Positions 1-12,400 of a stretch of DNA of 64,000 nucleotides are shown piece by piece; the first letter of the stretch is position 1; each line of letters begins with the position of its first letter. Source of the stretch: Sminthopsis crassicaudata (Eukaryota); NCBI RefSeq assembly GCF_048593235.1, contig NC_133618.1:504513675-504577674 (forward strand), read 5' to 3'. The notes beneath the pieces were generated by a model. That model had not been told where the DNA came from. It ran no database searches and saw only the letters and a list, made by a program, of their open reading frames with translations. The translations under genes and the position numbers were made by a program.

Positions 1-1127
1 CTGCTAATGGCTTCCTCTTTATGAGGCAGTTTGCCCTATTCACATTTATGGTTAAAATGACTAATTCTATATTGCTTGCCATCCTATTAACCCCTGCTTA
101 TGCTTTTCCCCTTTCCTTCCCTCTTACCCCCCTACCCAGTATTAAACTTGTGAGCACCACTTGCTTTTCACAGCCCTCCCTTTTTAGTATCCCTCCCCCA
201 CCTTAAAGTTCCTCCCCTTATTTTACCCCTTTTCCTCACAATTTCTGTATTCCCTTCCCCTTAGCTTACTCCTTCCCTCTCACTTTTCAATGAAGTGGAA
301 GAAGTTTCACCATAAATCGAATATGTCTATTGATACACACTATGTTCATCGCCCTCCTTTCCTTCTCTCAGATATAATAGGTTACCTTTGCCTCTTTGTG
401 AGATGTAGTACTATCACTTTACACTTTTTTATGATATAATTTCCTTTCCACCTCTAGTTTCTAGGACAAATTATACATATGTTCTTTACATATTTTTATG
501 TCAGAAGTATAGTTCTCAAGATTTCTTTTTACCTTTTTAGAAATCTCTTGAGTTTTGTATTTGAAGATCAAACATTTTATGTAGGTCTGGTTTTTTCATC
601 AAAAATAGATGAAATTCATTTATTTCGTTAAATGTTCATCTTCTTCCCTGGAAAATGATGCTCATTCTTGCTGGGTAAGTTATTCTTGGCTGCATACCAA
701 GTTCTTTAACCTTTCGGAATATCATGTCCCAGGCCCTACGCTCTTTTTTTTTTTTTTTTTTTTTTGTATTTATTTTTTATTTTATTTTATAATTATAACA
801 TTTTTTGACAGTACATATGCATGGGTAATTTTTTACATTATCCCTTGCACTTACTTCTATTCAGATTTTTTCCCTTCCTCCCCCAAACCCCTCCCCCAGA
901 TGGCAAGCAGTTTTATATATGTTAAATATATTACAGTATAATTTAGATACAATATATGTGTGTAGAACCGAATTTTTTGTTGCACAGGAAGAATTGGATT
1001 CAGAAGGTAAAAATAACAGTTTACATTCATTTCCCATTGTTCCTTTTCTGGATGTAGCTGGTTCTTTCCATCATTAATCAATTGGAATTGGATTAGCTCT
1101 TCTCTATGTTGAAGAAATCCACTTCCA

Positions 1128-4100
1128 TCAGCATACATCCTCGTACAGTATCATTGTTGAAGTGTATAATGATCTTCTGGTTCTGCTCGTTTCACTCAGC
1201 ATCAGTTGATGTAAGTCTCTCCAAGCCTCTCTATATTTCTCCTGTTGGTCATTTCTTATAGAACAATAATATTCCATAACATTCATATACCATAGTTTAC
1301 CCAACCATTCTCCAATTGATGGACATCCATTCATCTTCCAGCTTCTAGCCACTATGAAAAGGGCTGCCACAAACATTTTGGCACATACAGGACCCTTTCC
1401 CTTCTTTAGTAGTTCCTTGGGGTATAAGCCCAGTAGTAGTATGGCTGGGTCAAAGGGTATGCACATTTTGATAACTTTTTGGGGATAATTCCAGATTGCT
1501 CTCCAGAATGGTTGGATTCTTTCACAACTCCACCAACAATGCATCAGTGTCCCAGTTTTCCCACAGCCCCTCCAACATTCATCGTTATTTGTTCCTGTCA
1601 TCTTAGCCAATCTGACAGGTGTGTAATGATACCTCAGAGTTGTCTTAATTTGCATTTCTCTGATCAATAGTGATTTGGAACACTCTTTCATATGAGTGGA
1701 AATAGTTTTAATTTCATCATCTGAAAATTGTCTGTTCATATCCTTTGACCATTTATCAATTGGAGAATGGCTTGATTTCTTATAGATTAAAGTCAATTCT
1801 CTGTATATTTTGGAGATGAGGCCTTTATCAGAACCTTTAACTGTAAAAATTTTTTCCCAATTTGTTACTTCCCTTCTAATCTTGTTTGCATTAGTTTTGT
1901 TTGTGCAGAAACTTTTTAATTTGGTGTAATCAAAATGTTCTATTTTGTGATCAATAATGGTCTCTAGTTCTCCCTTGGACACAAACTCCTTCCTCCTCCA
2001 CAAGTCTGAGAGGTAAACCATCCCATGTTCCTCCAATTTATTTATGATTTCGTTCTTTATGCCTAAATCTTGGACCCATTTTGATCTAATCTTAGTATGT
2101 GGTGTTAAATGTGGGTCCATGCCTAGTTTCTGCCATACTAATTTCCAGTTTTCCCAGCAGTTTTTGTCAAATAATGAATTCTTATCCCAAAATTTGGGAT
2201 CTTTGGGTTTGTCAAAGATTAGATTGCTATTTTTATTCACTATCTTGCCCTGTGAACCTAACCTATGCCACTGATCGACTAGTCTATTTCTTAGCCAATA
2301 CCAAATGGTTTTGGTGACTGTTGCTTTATAATATAGCTTTAAATCAGGTACACTTAGACCACCTTCCTCTGACTTTTTTTTCATTAGTTCCCTTGCAATT
2401 CTCGACCTTTTATTCTTCCATATGAATTTTGTTGTTATTTTTTCTAGGTCATTAAAATAGTTTCTTGGGAGTCTGATTGGTATAGCACTAAATAAATAGA
2501 TTAGTTTGGGGAGTATTGTCATCTTTATTATATTCGCTCGGCCTATCCAAGAACATTGAATGTCTTTCCAATTATTTAAATCTGACTTTATTTTTGTGGC
2601 AAGTGTTTTGTAATTTTGCTCATATAATTCCTGACTCTCCTTTGGTAGATATATTCCCAAATATTTGATACTATCGACTGTTATTTTGAATGGAATTTCT
2701 CTTTGTATCTCTTGCTGTTGGATTGTGTTGGTAATGTATAAAAATCCTGAGGATTTATGTGGATTTATTTTGTATCCTGCGACTTTGCTAAAATTCTGAA
2801 TTATTTCTAATAGCTTTTTAGCAGAGTCTTTGGGGTTCTCTAAATATACCATCATGTCATCTGCGAAAAGTGACAATTTGATTTCTTCATTTCCTACTCT
2901 AATTCCTTGGATCTCTTTCTCGGCTCTTATTGCCAAGGCTAGAGTTTCTAGTACTATATTGAATAGTAATGGTGATAGTGGGCAACCTTGTTTCACTCCT
3001 GATCTAACAGGGAAAGGTTCTAGTTTATCACCATTACATATGATGTTTACTGAAGGTTTTAAATATATGCTCCTTATTATTTTAAGGAATAGTCCATTTA
3101 TTCCTATACTCTCAAGCGTTTTTAGTAGGAATGGATGTTGGATTTTATCAAATGCCTTTTCTGCATCTATTGAGATGATCATATGGTTTTTATTAATTTG
3201 ATTATTAATATGGTCAATTATACTAATAGTTTTCCTAATATTAAACCAGCCCTGCATTCCTGGTATAAATCCCACTTGGTCATAGTGTATTATTCTGGGG
3301 ATGATTTTCTGAAGTCTATTTGCTAATATCTTATTTAAGATTTTAGCATCAATATTCATTAAGGAAATTGGTCTATAGTTTTCTTTCTCAGTTTTCGATC
3401 TACCTGGTTTAAGTATCAGTACCATGTCTGTGTCATAGAAGGAATTTGGTAGGACTCCTTCAATCCCTATTTTTTCAAATAGTTTACATAGCATTGGAGT
3501 TAGTTGTTCTTTAAATGTTTGGTAGAATTCACCTGTAAATCCATCTGGCCCTGGGGACTTTTTCTTAGGAAGTTGGTTAATAGCTTGGTCTATTTCTTTT
3601 TCTGAGATGGGACTATTTAGACTACTTACTTCTTCCTCTGTTAATCTGGGCAAGCTATATTTTTGAAGGTATTCTTCCATTTCATTTAAGTTATCAAATT
3701 TATCGGCATAAAGTTGAGCAAAGTAGCTCCTAACTATTGTTCTAATTTCCTCTTCATTAGTGGTGAGTTCACCCTTTTCATTTTCAAGACTATCAATTTG
3801 CTTTTTCTCTTTCCTTTTTTTAATCAGGTTTACTAAGGGTTTGTCTATTTTGTTGGTTTTTTCATAAAACCAACTCTTAGTTTTATTAATTAATTCAATA
3901 GTTTTTTTACTTTCAATTTTATTAATCTCACCTTTTATTTTTTGAATTTCAAGTTTTGTGTTTGTCTGGGGGTTTTTAATTTGTTCCTTTTCTAGCAATT
4001 TTAGTTGTAAACCCAATTCGTTGGCCCTCTCTTTCTCTATTTTATGCAAGTAGGCCTGTAGAGATATAAAACTTCCCCTAATTACTGCTTTGGCTGTATC

Positions 4101-4961
4101 CCACACATTTTGGTATGATGTCTCATTATTGTCATTTTCTTGGGTGAAGTTATTAATTATGTCTATGATTTGCTGTTTTACCCAATCATTCTTTAGTATA
4201 AGATTATTTAGTTTCCAATTATTTTTTGGTCTATTTTCCCCTGGCTTTTTATTAAATGTTATTTTGATTGCATTATGGTCTGAAAAGGATGCATTTACTA
4301 TTTCTGCCTTACTGCATTTGATTTTGAGGTTTTTATGCCCTAGTATATGATCAATTTTTGTATAGGTTCCATGAACTGCTGAGAAGAAAGTATATTCCTT
4401 TCTGTCTCCATTTAGCTTTCGCCAAAGATCTATCATATCAAACTTTTCTAGTATTCTATTTACCTCTTTGACTTCTTTCTTATTTATTTTGTGGTTTGAT
4501 TTATCTAATTCTGATAGTGCAAGGTTGAGATCTCCCGCTATTATAGTTTTGCTATCTATTTCCTCTTGCAGCTCTCTTAATTTCTCTTTTAAGAATTTAG
4601 ATGCTGCACCACTTGGTGCATACATGTTTAATATTGATACGGCTTCACTATTGATGCTTCCCTTTAGCAGGATATAATGCCCTTCCTTATCTCTTTTAAT
4701 TAGATCAATTTTTGTTTTTGCTTGATCTGAGATGAGGATGGCTACTCCGGCTTTTTTGGTTTTGCCTGAAGCATAATAGATTCTGCTCCACCCTTTTACT
4801 TTTAGTTTGAATGTCTCATCCTGTTTCAGGTGTGTTTCCTGTAAACAACATATAGTAGGATTCTGACTTTTAATCCAGTCTGCTAACTGCTTCCTCTTTA
4901 TGAGGCAGTTTGCCCCATTCACATTTATGGTTAGAAGGACTAATTCTATATTGCTTGCCAT
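1128..4961 (-). CDS. LINE-1 ORF2p (endonuclease + reverse transcriptase + CCHC domain), uninterrupted 1277 aa
   Basis: EN motifs NVNG, CLQETH, GDLN, SDHNA. RT motifs YRPISL, DAEKAFD, QGCPLSP, FADD, YLGI. C-terminal CWRGC...HCWWSC. Confidence 0.98.
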   Translation of the reverse strand: MASNIELVLLTINVNGANCLIKRKQLADWIKSQNPTICCLQETHLKQDETFKLKVKGWSRIYYASGKTKKAGVAILISDQAKTKIDLIKRDKEGHYILLKGSINSEAVSILNMYAPSGAASKFLKEKLRELQEEIDSKTIIAGDLNLALSELDKSNHKINKKEVKEVNRILEKFDMIDLWRKLNGDRKEYTFFSAVHGTYTKIDHILGHKNLKIKCSKAEIVNASFSDHNAIKITFNKKPGENRPKNNWKLNNLILKNDWVKQQIIDIINNFTQENDNNETSYQNVWDTAKAVIRGSFISLQAYLHKIEKERANELGLQLKLLEKEQIKNPQTNTKLEIQKIKGEINKIESKKTIELINKTKSWFYEKTNKIDKPLVNLIKKRKEKKQIDSLENEKGELTTNEEEIRTIVRSYFAQLYADKFDNLNEMEEYLQKYSLPRLTEEEVSSLNSPISEKEIDQAINQLPKKKSPGPDGFTGEFYQTFKEQLTPMLCKLFEKIGIEGVLPNSFYDTDMVLILKPGRSKTEKENYRPISLMNIDAKILNKILANRLQKIIPRIIHYDQVGFIPGMQGWFNIRKTISIIDHINNQINKNHMIISIDAEKAFDKIQHPFLLKTLESIGINGLFLKIIRSIYLKPSVNIICNGDKLEPFPVRSGVKQGCPLSPLLFNIVLETLALAIRAEKEIQGIRVGNEEIKLSLFADDMMVYLENPKDSAKKLLEIIQNFSKVAGYKINPHKSSGFLYITNTIQQQEIQREIPFKITVDSIKYLGIYLPKESQELYEQNYKTLATKIKSDLNNWKDIQCSWIGRANIIKMTILPKLIYLFSAIPIRLPRNYFNDLEKITTKFIWKNKRSRIARELMKKKSEEGGLSVPDLKLYYKATVTKTIWYWLRNRLVDQWHRLGSQGKIVNKNSNLIFDKPKDPKFWDKNSLFDKNCWENWKLVWQKLGMDPHLTPHTKIRSKWVQDLGIKNEIINKLEEHGMVYLSDLWRRKEFVSKGELETIIDHKIEHFDYTKLKSFCTNKTNANKIRREVTNWEKIFTVKGSDKGLISKIYRELTLIYKKSSHSPIDKWSKDMNRQFSDDEIKTISTHMKECSKSLLIREMQIKTTLRYHYTPVRLAKMTGTNNDECWRGCGKTGTLMHCWWSCERIQPFWRAIWNYPQKVIKMCIPFDPAILLLGLYPKELLKKGKGPVCAKMFVAALFIVARSWKMNGCPSIGEWLGKLWYMNVMEYYCSIRNDQQEKYREAWRDLHQLMLSETSRTRRSLYTSTMILYEDVC

Positions 4962-5416
4962 CCTACTAACCCCTGCTTATGCTTTTCCCCTTTCCTTCCC
5001 TTTTACCCTCCTATCCAGTATTAAACTGGTAAACACCACTTGCTTTTCACAGCCCTCCCTTTTTAGGATCCCTCCCCCACCTTAAAGATCCTCCCCTTAT
5101 TTTATCCCTTTTCCTCGAAATTACTGTAATCCCTTCCCCTTAGCTTACTCCTTCCCTTTCACTTTTCAATGAAGTGGAAGAAGTTTCACCATAAATCGAA
5201 TATGTCTATTGATACACGCTATGTTCATCTCCCTCCTTTCTTTCTCTCAGATATAATAGGTTACCTTTGCCTCTTCATGAGATGTAGTACCACCACTTTA
5301 TACTTTTTTATGATATAATCTCCTTTCCACCTCTAGTTTCTAAGACAAATTGTACATATGTTCTTTACATATTTTTTTGACAGAAGTATAGTTCTCAAGA
5401 TTTCTTTTTACCTTTT

Positions 5417-6541
5417 TTAGAAGTCTCTTGAGTTCTGTATTTGAAGATCAAACCTTTTATGTAGGTCTGGTTTTTTCATCAAAAATAGATGGAATTCATT
5501 TATTTCGTTAAATGTCCATCTTCTTCCCTGGAAAATGATGCTCATTCTTGCTGGGTAAGTCACTCTTGGTTGCATACCAAGTTCCTTAGCCTTTCGGAAT
5601 ATCATGTTCCAGGCCCTGCGTTCTTTTAATGTGGACGCTGCTAGATCCTGTGTTATCCTTATTGTGGATCCTCCATATCTGAATTGTTTTTTTCTAGCAG
5701 CTTCCAATATCTTTTCCTTTGTCTGATGGTTCTTGAACTTGGCCACTATATTTCTTGGCGTTTTGATTTTAGGGTCCCTTTCAGTAGGTGATCAATGAAT
5801 TTTCTCAATGTCTATTTTACCCTCTGTTTCCAAAACGTCTGGGCAGTTCTCTTTGATAATTTCCTCGAAAATGGTGTCCAAGCTCTTTTTTTCCTCCCAT
5901 TTTTCAGGGAGTCCGATTATTCTCAAATTGTCTCTCCTGGATCTGTTTTCCAGGTCTGTTGTCTTTCTGGTAAGGTACTTGACAGTCTTTTCAATTGTCT
6001 CATTTCTCTGGTTTTGCTTGACTCCCTCTTGGTTTCTCCTTGAGTCATTCATTTCTACTTGTTCCAGTCTAATTTTCAATGATGTATTTTCTTCACTCAC
6101 TTTTTTTATATCTCTTTGTAATTGTCCAATTGAGTTTTTATCTTCTATGGAATTTTTTTCCATTGTATTTTTTAGAGAGCTGATTTCTTTTTCCAGCTCT
6201 CTAATCCTGTTTTCCTTGGAGTTGTTTACCTTTTCCAGCTCACTAATCTTGTTTCTCAATGATTTGATTTCTTTATCCACTCTGTCTTTGAATGCATGGG
6301 ATGACTTCTCCAGGCTCTCTTGCCAAGCTTCCCTTTCCTTTTCCCATTTCTCTTCCAGCTCTCTTGTGAGAGCCTTTTTGATTTCCTCTATGAGGTTCTT
6401 TTGTATTGAGGAGCAGCTTATATCCCTCCCAGGGGATACATCTGGGGACATTCTGTTCCTAGTCTCTTCAGCATTTGAAGTCTGCTCCCTCTCCACACAG
6501 AAGCTGTCAATGGTTAGAGCCCTTTTGAATTTTTTGTTCAT
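5417..6541 (-). pseudogene. LINE-1 ORF1p (374 codons) interrupted by one in-frame TGA at 5794-5792
   Basis: ORFs 5792-6541 and 5417-5746 are in the same frame. The N-terminus is coiled-coil-like. The stop replaces the Arg of the IEKIH[R] (IERAHR-like) motif. Confidence 0.93.
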
Positions 6542-7432
6542 TTTGTCAGAGTAGGAATCAAAGAAAACAAACTGACAAGAGAAACAATTGGTCTGTTTTG
6601 CGGGGGATGGGGCTGGATGTTATTAATGGGCTTCCTCTACAGACTGGGGGTAGGGCAGCAGAGAGCCACTAACAGAACAGCAATGACTGTACTGAGTCTG
6701 CGCTCTGAGGCTCCGAGAACGCACCGAGTCAGTCCAGGTGGGGGTTGGGGGTGGCCGGGCTCTGAGAGACGCTGGCTTTCTGGGGTTTTAATCTTCACCT
6801 CCAGTGTTTACACCCTCTCCACCGCTCCTGGCTTGCTGCCAAGACGGAGCATCCACACTGGGGCAAAAGCCCTTTCACAAAAATGACAGAGATCACACCC
6901 CTCCCCCTCCGGTCTGAGCTGTGTGAGCTGCCTGTCTTGCTCTGGCTGTCTGCCCTCAGTCTGCGCCCAGTCTGATTGACCCTCCCCCGAACAAACATAG
7001 ACCTTTTCTGGCGACTTTCAAGGATGTCTTCTCTTGGTGATAATTTGTGGATTTCTTTCTGGGTCAAGCATTAAGTCAGAGGCTTGTCATGAAGTAAGTT
7101 CTGAGAGAAAACGAGGAGCTCAAGCAGCTGTCTGCCTCCACGCCGCCATCTTGGCCGGAAGTCCCCCCTACGCTCTTTTAATGTGGACGCTGCTAGATCC
7201 TGGGTTATCCTTATTGTGGATCCTCCATATCTGAATTGCTTTTTTCTAGCAGCTTCCAATATCTTTTCCTTTGTCTGATGGTCCTTTAACTTGGCCACTA
7301 TATTTCTTGGCGTTTTGATTTTAGGGTCCTTTCAGTAAGTGATTGATGAATTTTTTCAATGTCTATTTTACCCTCTGTTTCCAAAATGTCTGGGCAGTTC
7401 TCTTTGATAATTTCCTCAAAAATAGTGTCCAA

Positions 7433-7803
7433 CATGATTCAAACCAGTTCCAATTGTTCAGTGATGAAGAGAGCCATTTACACACAAAGAGAGGACTGTG
7501 AGAACTGAATGTGGTATGCAACATAGCATTTTCACTCTTTTTGTTGTTGATTGCTTGCGTTTTGCTTCTCTTTTTCTCATGTGCAGTACAATAATTGTAT
7601 AAATATGTATGTATACATTGGATTTAACATATATTTGGACCATGTCTAACACATATTAGACAACTTGCCATCTAGGGGAGGGTGTGGAAGAAGGGGGGTA
7701 AATCTGAACACAGGATTTTGCAAGGGCTAATATTGAAGAATTGTCCACACATATGTTTAAAAAAATAAAAAGCTTGTATTAAAAAAAAAAAAGAAAAGAA
7801 AAG
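7433..7803 (+). mobile_element. 5'-truncated retroposon (L1 3'UTR-like, ~370 bp) inserted into the older L1 ORF1
   Basis: TSD aaaatagtgtccaa at 7419-7432 and 7804-7817. A-rich tail at ~7780-7803 preceded by AATAAA. Confidence 0.85.
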
Positions 7804-10280
7804 AAAATAGTGTCCAAGCTCTTTTTTTCCTCACATTTTTCAGGGAGTCCGATTATTCTCAAATTGTGTCTCCTGGATCTGTTTTCCAGGTCTGTTGTCT
7901 TTCTGGTAAGGTACTTGACATTCTTTTCAATTGTTTCATTTCTCTGGTTTTGCTTGACTACCTCGTGGTTTCTCCTTGAGTCATTCATTTCTACTTGTTC
8001 GAGTCTAATTTTCAATGATGTATTTTCTTCACTCACTTTTTTTATATCTCTTTGTAATTGTCCAGTTGTATTTTTATCTTCTATGGAATTTTTTCCATTT
8101 TATCCATTTTATTTTTTAGAGAGCTGATTTCTTTTTCCAGCTCACTAATCCTGTTTTCCTTGGAGTTGTTTACCTTTTCTAATTCACTAATCTTGTTTCT
8201 CAGTGATTTGATTTCTTTATCCACTCTGTCCTTAAATGAATGGGTTGACTTCTCCAGGCTCTCTTGCCAAGCTTCCCTTTCCTTTTCCCATTTCTCTTCC
8301 AGCTCTCTTGTGAGAGCATTTTTTATTTCCTCTATGAGATTCTTTTGTATTGAGGAGTAGCTCATATCCCCCTTAGGGGATTCCTCTAGGGACAGTCTGT
8401 TCCTAGTCTCCTCAGCATTTGAAGTCTGCTCTCTCTCCATACAGAAGCTGTCAATGGTTAGAGCCCTTTTGAATTTTTTGTTCATTTTGTCAAGAGCGGA
8501 ATCGAAGAAAACAAATTGACAAGAGAAACAATTGGTCTGTTTTGGGGGGGATGGGGCTGGATGGTGTTAATGGGCTTCCTCTACAGACTGGGGGGAGGGC
8601 AGCAGTGAGGCACTAACAGGACAGCGATGGCTGCGCTGAGTCTGTGCTGAGTCTGCGCTCTGAGGCTCTGAGAACTCAGAGTCACTCCAGGTGGGGGTGG
8701 GGGTGGCCGTCTGGAGAACCGCTGGCTTTCCGGGGTTTTAATCTTCACCTCTGGTGTTTACACCCTCTCCGCAGCTCCTGGCTTGCTGCCAAGACGGAGT
8801 ATCCACAGTGAAGTAAAAGTCTTTTAGCAGAAACGGCAGAGATCGTACCCCTCCCCCTCCGGTCTGAGCTGTGTGAGCTGTCTGTCTCGCTCTGGCTGCC
8901 TGCCCTCAGTCTGTGCCCAGTCTGATTGACCCTCCCCCGAGCAAACACAGACCTTCTCTGGTGAATTTCAAGGATGTCTTCTGTGGGTGATATTTTGTGG
9001 ATTTCTTTCTGAGTCAAGCATTAACTCCGAGGCTTGTCATGAAGTAAGTTCTGAGAGAAAACACAGAGCTCAAGCAGCTGTCTGCCTCCATGCCGCCATC
9101 TTGGCCGGAACTACATACTGTTTTTAAAAAGCAAGCAATATGAAACAGAGACTCAGTTTCATAGGGAATACTTTTTTGCATTCTGCTATGTGTATATTAA
9201 TTGGGGAGCATCCAATATAAGAAAATTCAGAATTTTTAAAATATCTTCCCTCAAGACCCAGATCAATTCTCTTCCCTTAGATGTTTCTGCTCCCTTAGAA
9301 AAAGGACTAACTATCAAGTTCTGGTTCAGAACTTGATGATTAGTCCTCAAGGATATTTGTGACTGAGTTTTGTGCCAATCACCTTTGGGCAATTTGGGGA
9401 CTCAGGTGGAGAGAGCCACCCATTCTGTGGTTTTTAAGAAGTGAGGAGAAATGGTTTCCATTCTCTTAGTGGGGTGGTATTCTTTTGGACCACATGAGTA
9501 AAGAGCCATGAACTCCACCTGTAGACTTGTTAGTGATAAATGTGGCATACCTTAATTGCAAGGAAACAGCTATCCTTCAAGCAGGCCAAGGTTCATTTCT
9601 TATAGAATTTCAGAGCTGAACATACAATATAAAATAGGAGAGTGGTCGGACCCTGAGCAATTCACTTCTTTTCCACTCCTTATTGATGTAATCACAGAAA
9701 GCAAAGAACAGGTTATAAGGGTAATGAAGGCTAAATCAAGTCAACAAGCATTTATCAAATACCAGCTTTGTCTCCAACATTGTGAAAGAGTTGTGATAAC
9801 AAAGGCAGAAGATAGGATCTATTCTCAAAATAATATGAGTTCAGTTTTAGACATGTGGAGTTTAAAATGTCTGCAAAATGGCTGGGTCATGATGTCTAAA
9901 TAAGCAGTTGGGTGTACCTATAATGTTAATTAGGTGCTAAACTAATTGTGAAGTTCTGTCTAAGCCTTATTTTCCCTTTCAAAGTATGAACATTTCTCTG
10001 ATTGAATTGGAATAGGAATTTGAGACAGACTGATTGAAAATCAGCCAATCACAAAAGGTTTTGCACTTGTCAATGCTGAAAAATTACCCATGTAAATTAC
10101 CCTTGTAAATAAAAAGCTATAATAAATAAATAAATAAATTTTAAAAATTACTTTTACATATTTCTTCTAAGCAACCAAATTAAATGGTATTACTATTTAT
10201 CACTGTGTTGATTAGGCAGCTTCTAATATGCTTGTAATAAGAAAAACTAGACAAATAAAGATCTTCTTGTTAAATTTTTT

Positions 10281-11980
10281 TTTTTTTATTTTATTTTATA
10301 ATTATAACATTTTTTGACAGTACATATGCATGGGTAATTTTTTATAACATTATCCCTTGTACTTACTTCTATTCAGATTTTTTCCCTTCCTCCCCCAACC
10401 CCCTCCCCCAGATGGCAAGCAGTCTTATATATGTTAAATATATTACAGTATAATTTAGATACAATATATGTGTGTAGAACCGAATTTTTTGTTGCACAGG
10501 AAGAATTGGATTCAGAAGGTAAAAATAACAGTTTACATTCATTTCCCAGTCCTTTTCTGGATGTAGCTGGTTCTGTCCATCATTAATCAATTGGAATTGG
10601 ATTAGCTCTTCTCTATGTTGAAGAAATCCACTTCCATCAGCATACATCCTCGTACAGTATCATTGTTGAAGTGTATAATGATCTTCTGGTTCTGCTCATT
10701 TCACTCAGCATCAGTTGATGTAAGTCTCTCCAAGCCTCTCTGTATTTCTCCTGTTGGTCATTTCTTATAGAACAGTAATATTCCATAACATTCATATACC
10801 ATAGTTTACCCAACCATTCTCCAATTGATGGACATCCATTCATCTTCCAGCTTCTAGCCACTATGAAAAGGGCTGCCACAAACATTTTGGCACATACAGG
10901 ACCCTTTCCCTTCTCTAGTAGTTCCTTGGGGTATAAGCCCAGTAGTAGTATGGCTGGGTCAAAGGGTATGCACATTTTGATAACTTTTTGGGCATAATTC
11001 CAGATTGCTCTCCAGAATGGTTGGATTCTTTCACAACTCCACCAACAATGCATCAGTGTCCCAGTTTTCCCACAACCCCTCCAACATTCATCATTATTTG
11101 TTCCTGTCATTTTAGCCAATCTGACAGGTGTGTAATGATACCTCAGAGTTGTCTTAATTTGCATTTCTCTGATCAATAGTGATTTGGAACACTCTTTTAT
11201 ATGAGTGGAAATAGTTTTAATTTCATCATCTGAAAATTGTCTGTTCATATCCTTTGACCATTTATCAATTGGAGAATGGCTTGATTTCTTATAAATTATA
11301 GTCAATTCTCTGTATATTTTGGAGATGAGGTCTTTATCAGAACCTTTAACTGTAAAAATTTTTTCCCAATTTGTTACTTCCCTTCTAATCTTGTTTGCAT
11401 TAGTTTTGTTTGTGCAGAAACTTTTTAATTTGGTGTAATCAAAATGTTCTATTTTGTGATCAATAATGGTCTCTAGTTCTCCCTTGGACACAAACTCCTT
11501 CCTCCTCCACAAGTCTGAGAGGTAAACCATCCCATGTTCCTCCAATTTATTTATGATTTCGTTCTTTATGCCTAAATCTTGGACCCATTTTGATCTAATC
11601 TTAGTATGTGGTGTTAAATGTGGGTCCATGCCTAGTTTCTGCCATACTAATTTCCAGTTTTCCCAGCAGTTTTTGTCAAATAATGAATTCTTATCCCAAA
11701 ATTTGGGATCTTTGGGTTTGTCAAAGATTAGATTGCTATTTTTATTCACTATCTTGTCCTGTGAACCTAACCTATGCCACTGATCAACTAGTCTATTTCT
11801 TAGCCAATACCAAATGGTTTTGGTGACTGTTGCTTTATAATATAGCTTTAAATCAGGTACACTTAGACCACCTTCCTCTGACTTTTTTTTCATTAGTTCC
11901 CTTGCAATTCTCGACGTTTTATTCTTCCATATGAATTTTGTTGTTATTTTTTCTAGGTCATTAAAATAGTTTCTTGGGAG
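10281..11980 (-). mobile_element. 5'-truncated young LINE-1 (1.7 kb; open 418-aa ORF2 C-terminus at 10637-11893)
   Basis: Near-identical to ~770-2470 (7 aa differences in 418). TSD tcttcttgttaaatttttt at 10262-10280 and 11981-11999, whose first 3 nt are microhomologous to the L1. Poly-T tail present. Confidence 0.96.
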
Positions 11981-12189
11981 TCTTCTTGTTAAATTTTTTA
12001 AAAATCAGCCAATCTTCCAGAAGTCTTTAATAAGTAAGTCTTCTTACACAGAGAGATAAAGCAAGGAATAATTTTGTGGAGAATATCATTTTTTGTCCTT
12101 CCTTCTCTAAGAAGACCATGGCTCCCTACAAAACAGAGGCTAAAAGTGATATCGAGGGGATTTTCTCACAGTCATGTCCAGCAACAGAG

Positions 12190-12400
12190 TTATTTATCTA
12201 GTTATTCAGTCATTTTGGGTTCTGTCCAACTATTCATGACCTCATTTTTAGTTTTCCTGGCAAAGATATTGGAGTAATTTACCATTTCTTTATCCATTTT
12301 TCAGATGAAGAAACTGAGGCAAACAGGGTTAAGTGACTAGACCAGGGTAACACAGCTAGTGTCTGACATTGAATTTGAATTCAAAATGAGTCCAGGAAAA
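12190..12400 (-). mobile_element. MAR1/MIR-type CORE-SINE
   Basis: ttcctggcaaagatattggagt...gatgaagaaactgaggcaaacagggttaagtgact core. Related copies lie at ~19590-19770, 22870-22975, 32070-32260 and 38370-38560. Confidence 0.7.

Larger units (their letters stand above)
748..7165 (-). mobile_element. Young full-length LINE-1 (~6.4 kb) with poly(A) tail and 14-bp TSD
   Basis: TSD ccctacgctctttt at 734-747 and 7166-7179. Poly-T at 744-765. 5' end GGGGACTTCCGGCCAAGATGGCGGCG. Contains ORF1, a 455-bp spacer, ORF2 and a G-rich 3'UTR. The empty site reconstructs to TTTT/AA. Confidence 0.97.
1..9111 (-). mobile_element. Older LINE-1 host element, split by two later insertions: 5'UTR ~9111-8486, disrupted ORF1 from 8485 (pieces 8485-7804, 7432-7166, 747-~540), inter-ORF spacer, ORF2 ATG at 82-80 running off the window
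   Basis: Segments 1-747 and 7166-9111 are colinear homologues of 4880-7165 of the young L1. The 5' end reads GTTCCGGCCAAGATGGCGG. ORF1 N-terminus is MNKKFKRALTIDSF (ORF 8081-8485), frameshifted near 8090-8110. Confidence 0.92.

Noticed and set aside
5795-6554. 248-aa and 82-aa plus-strand ORFs (also 7810-8360 and the short ORFs opposite ORF2)
   Set aside because: Antisense shadows of Lys/Glu-rich L1 coding sequence, which give stop-poor Phe/Ser/Leu frames.
6795-7067. 90-codon frame in the L1 5'UTR, open at equal length in the older copy (8745-9017)
   Set aside because: It starts at TTG two codons after an in-frame TAA, and about 23 of 90 residues differ between the copies, which fits neutral drift.
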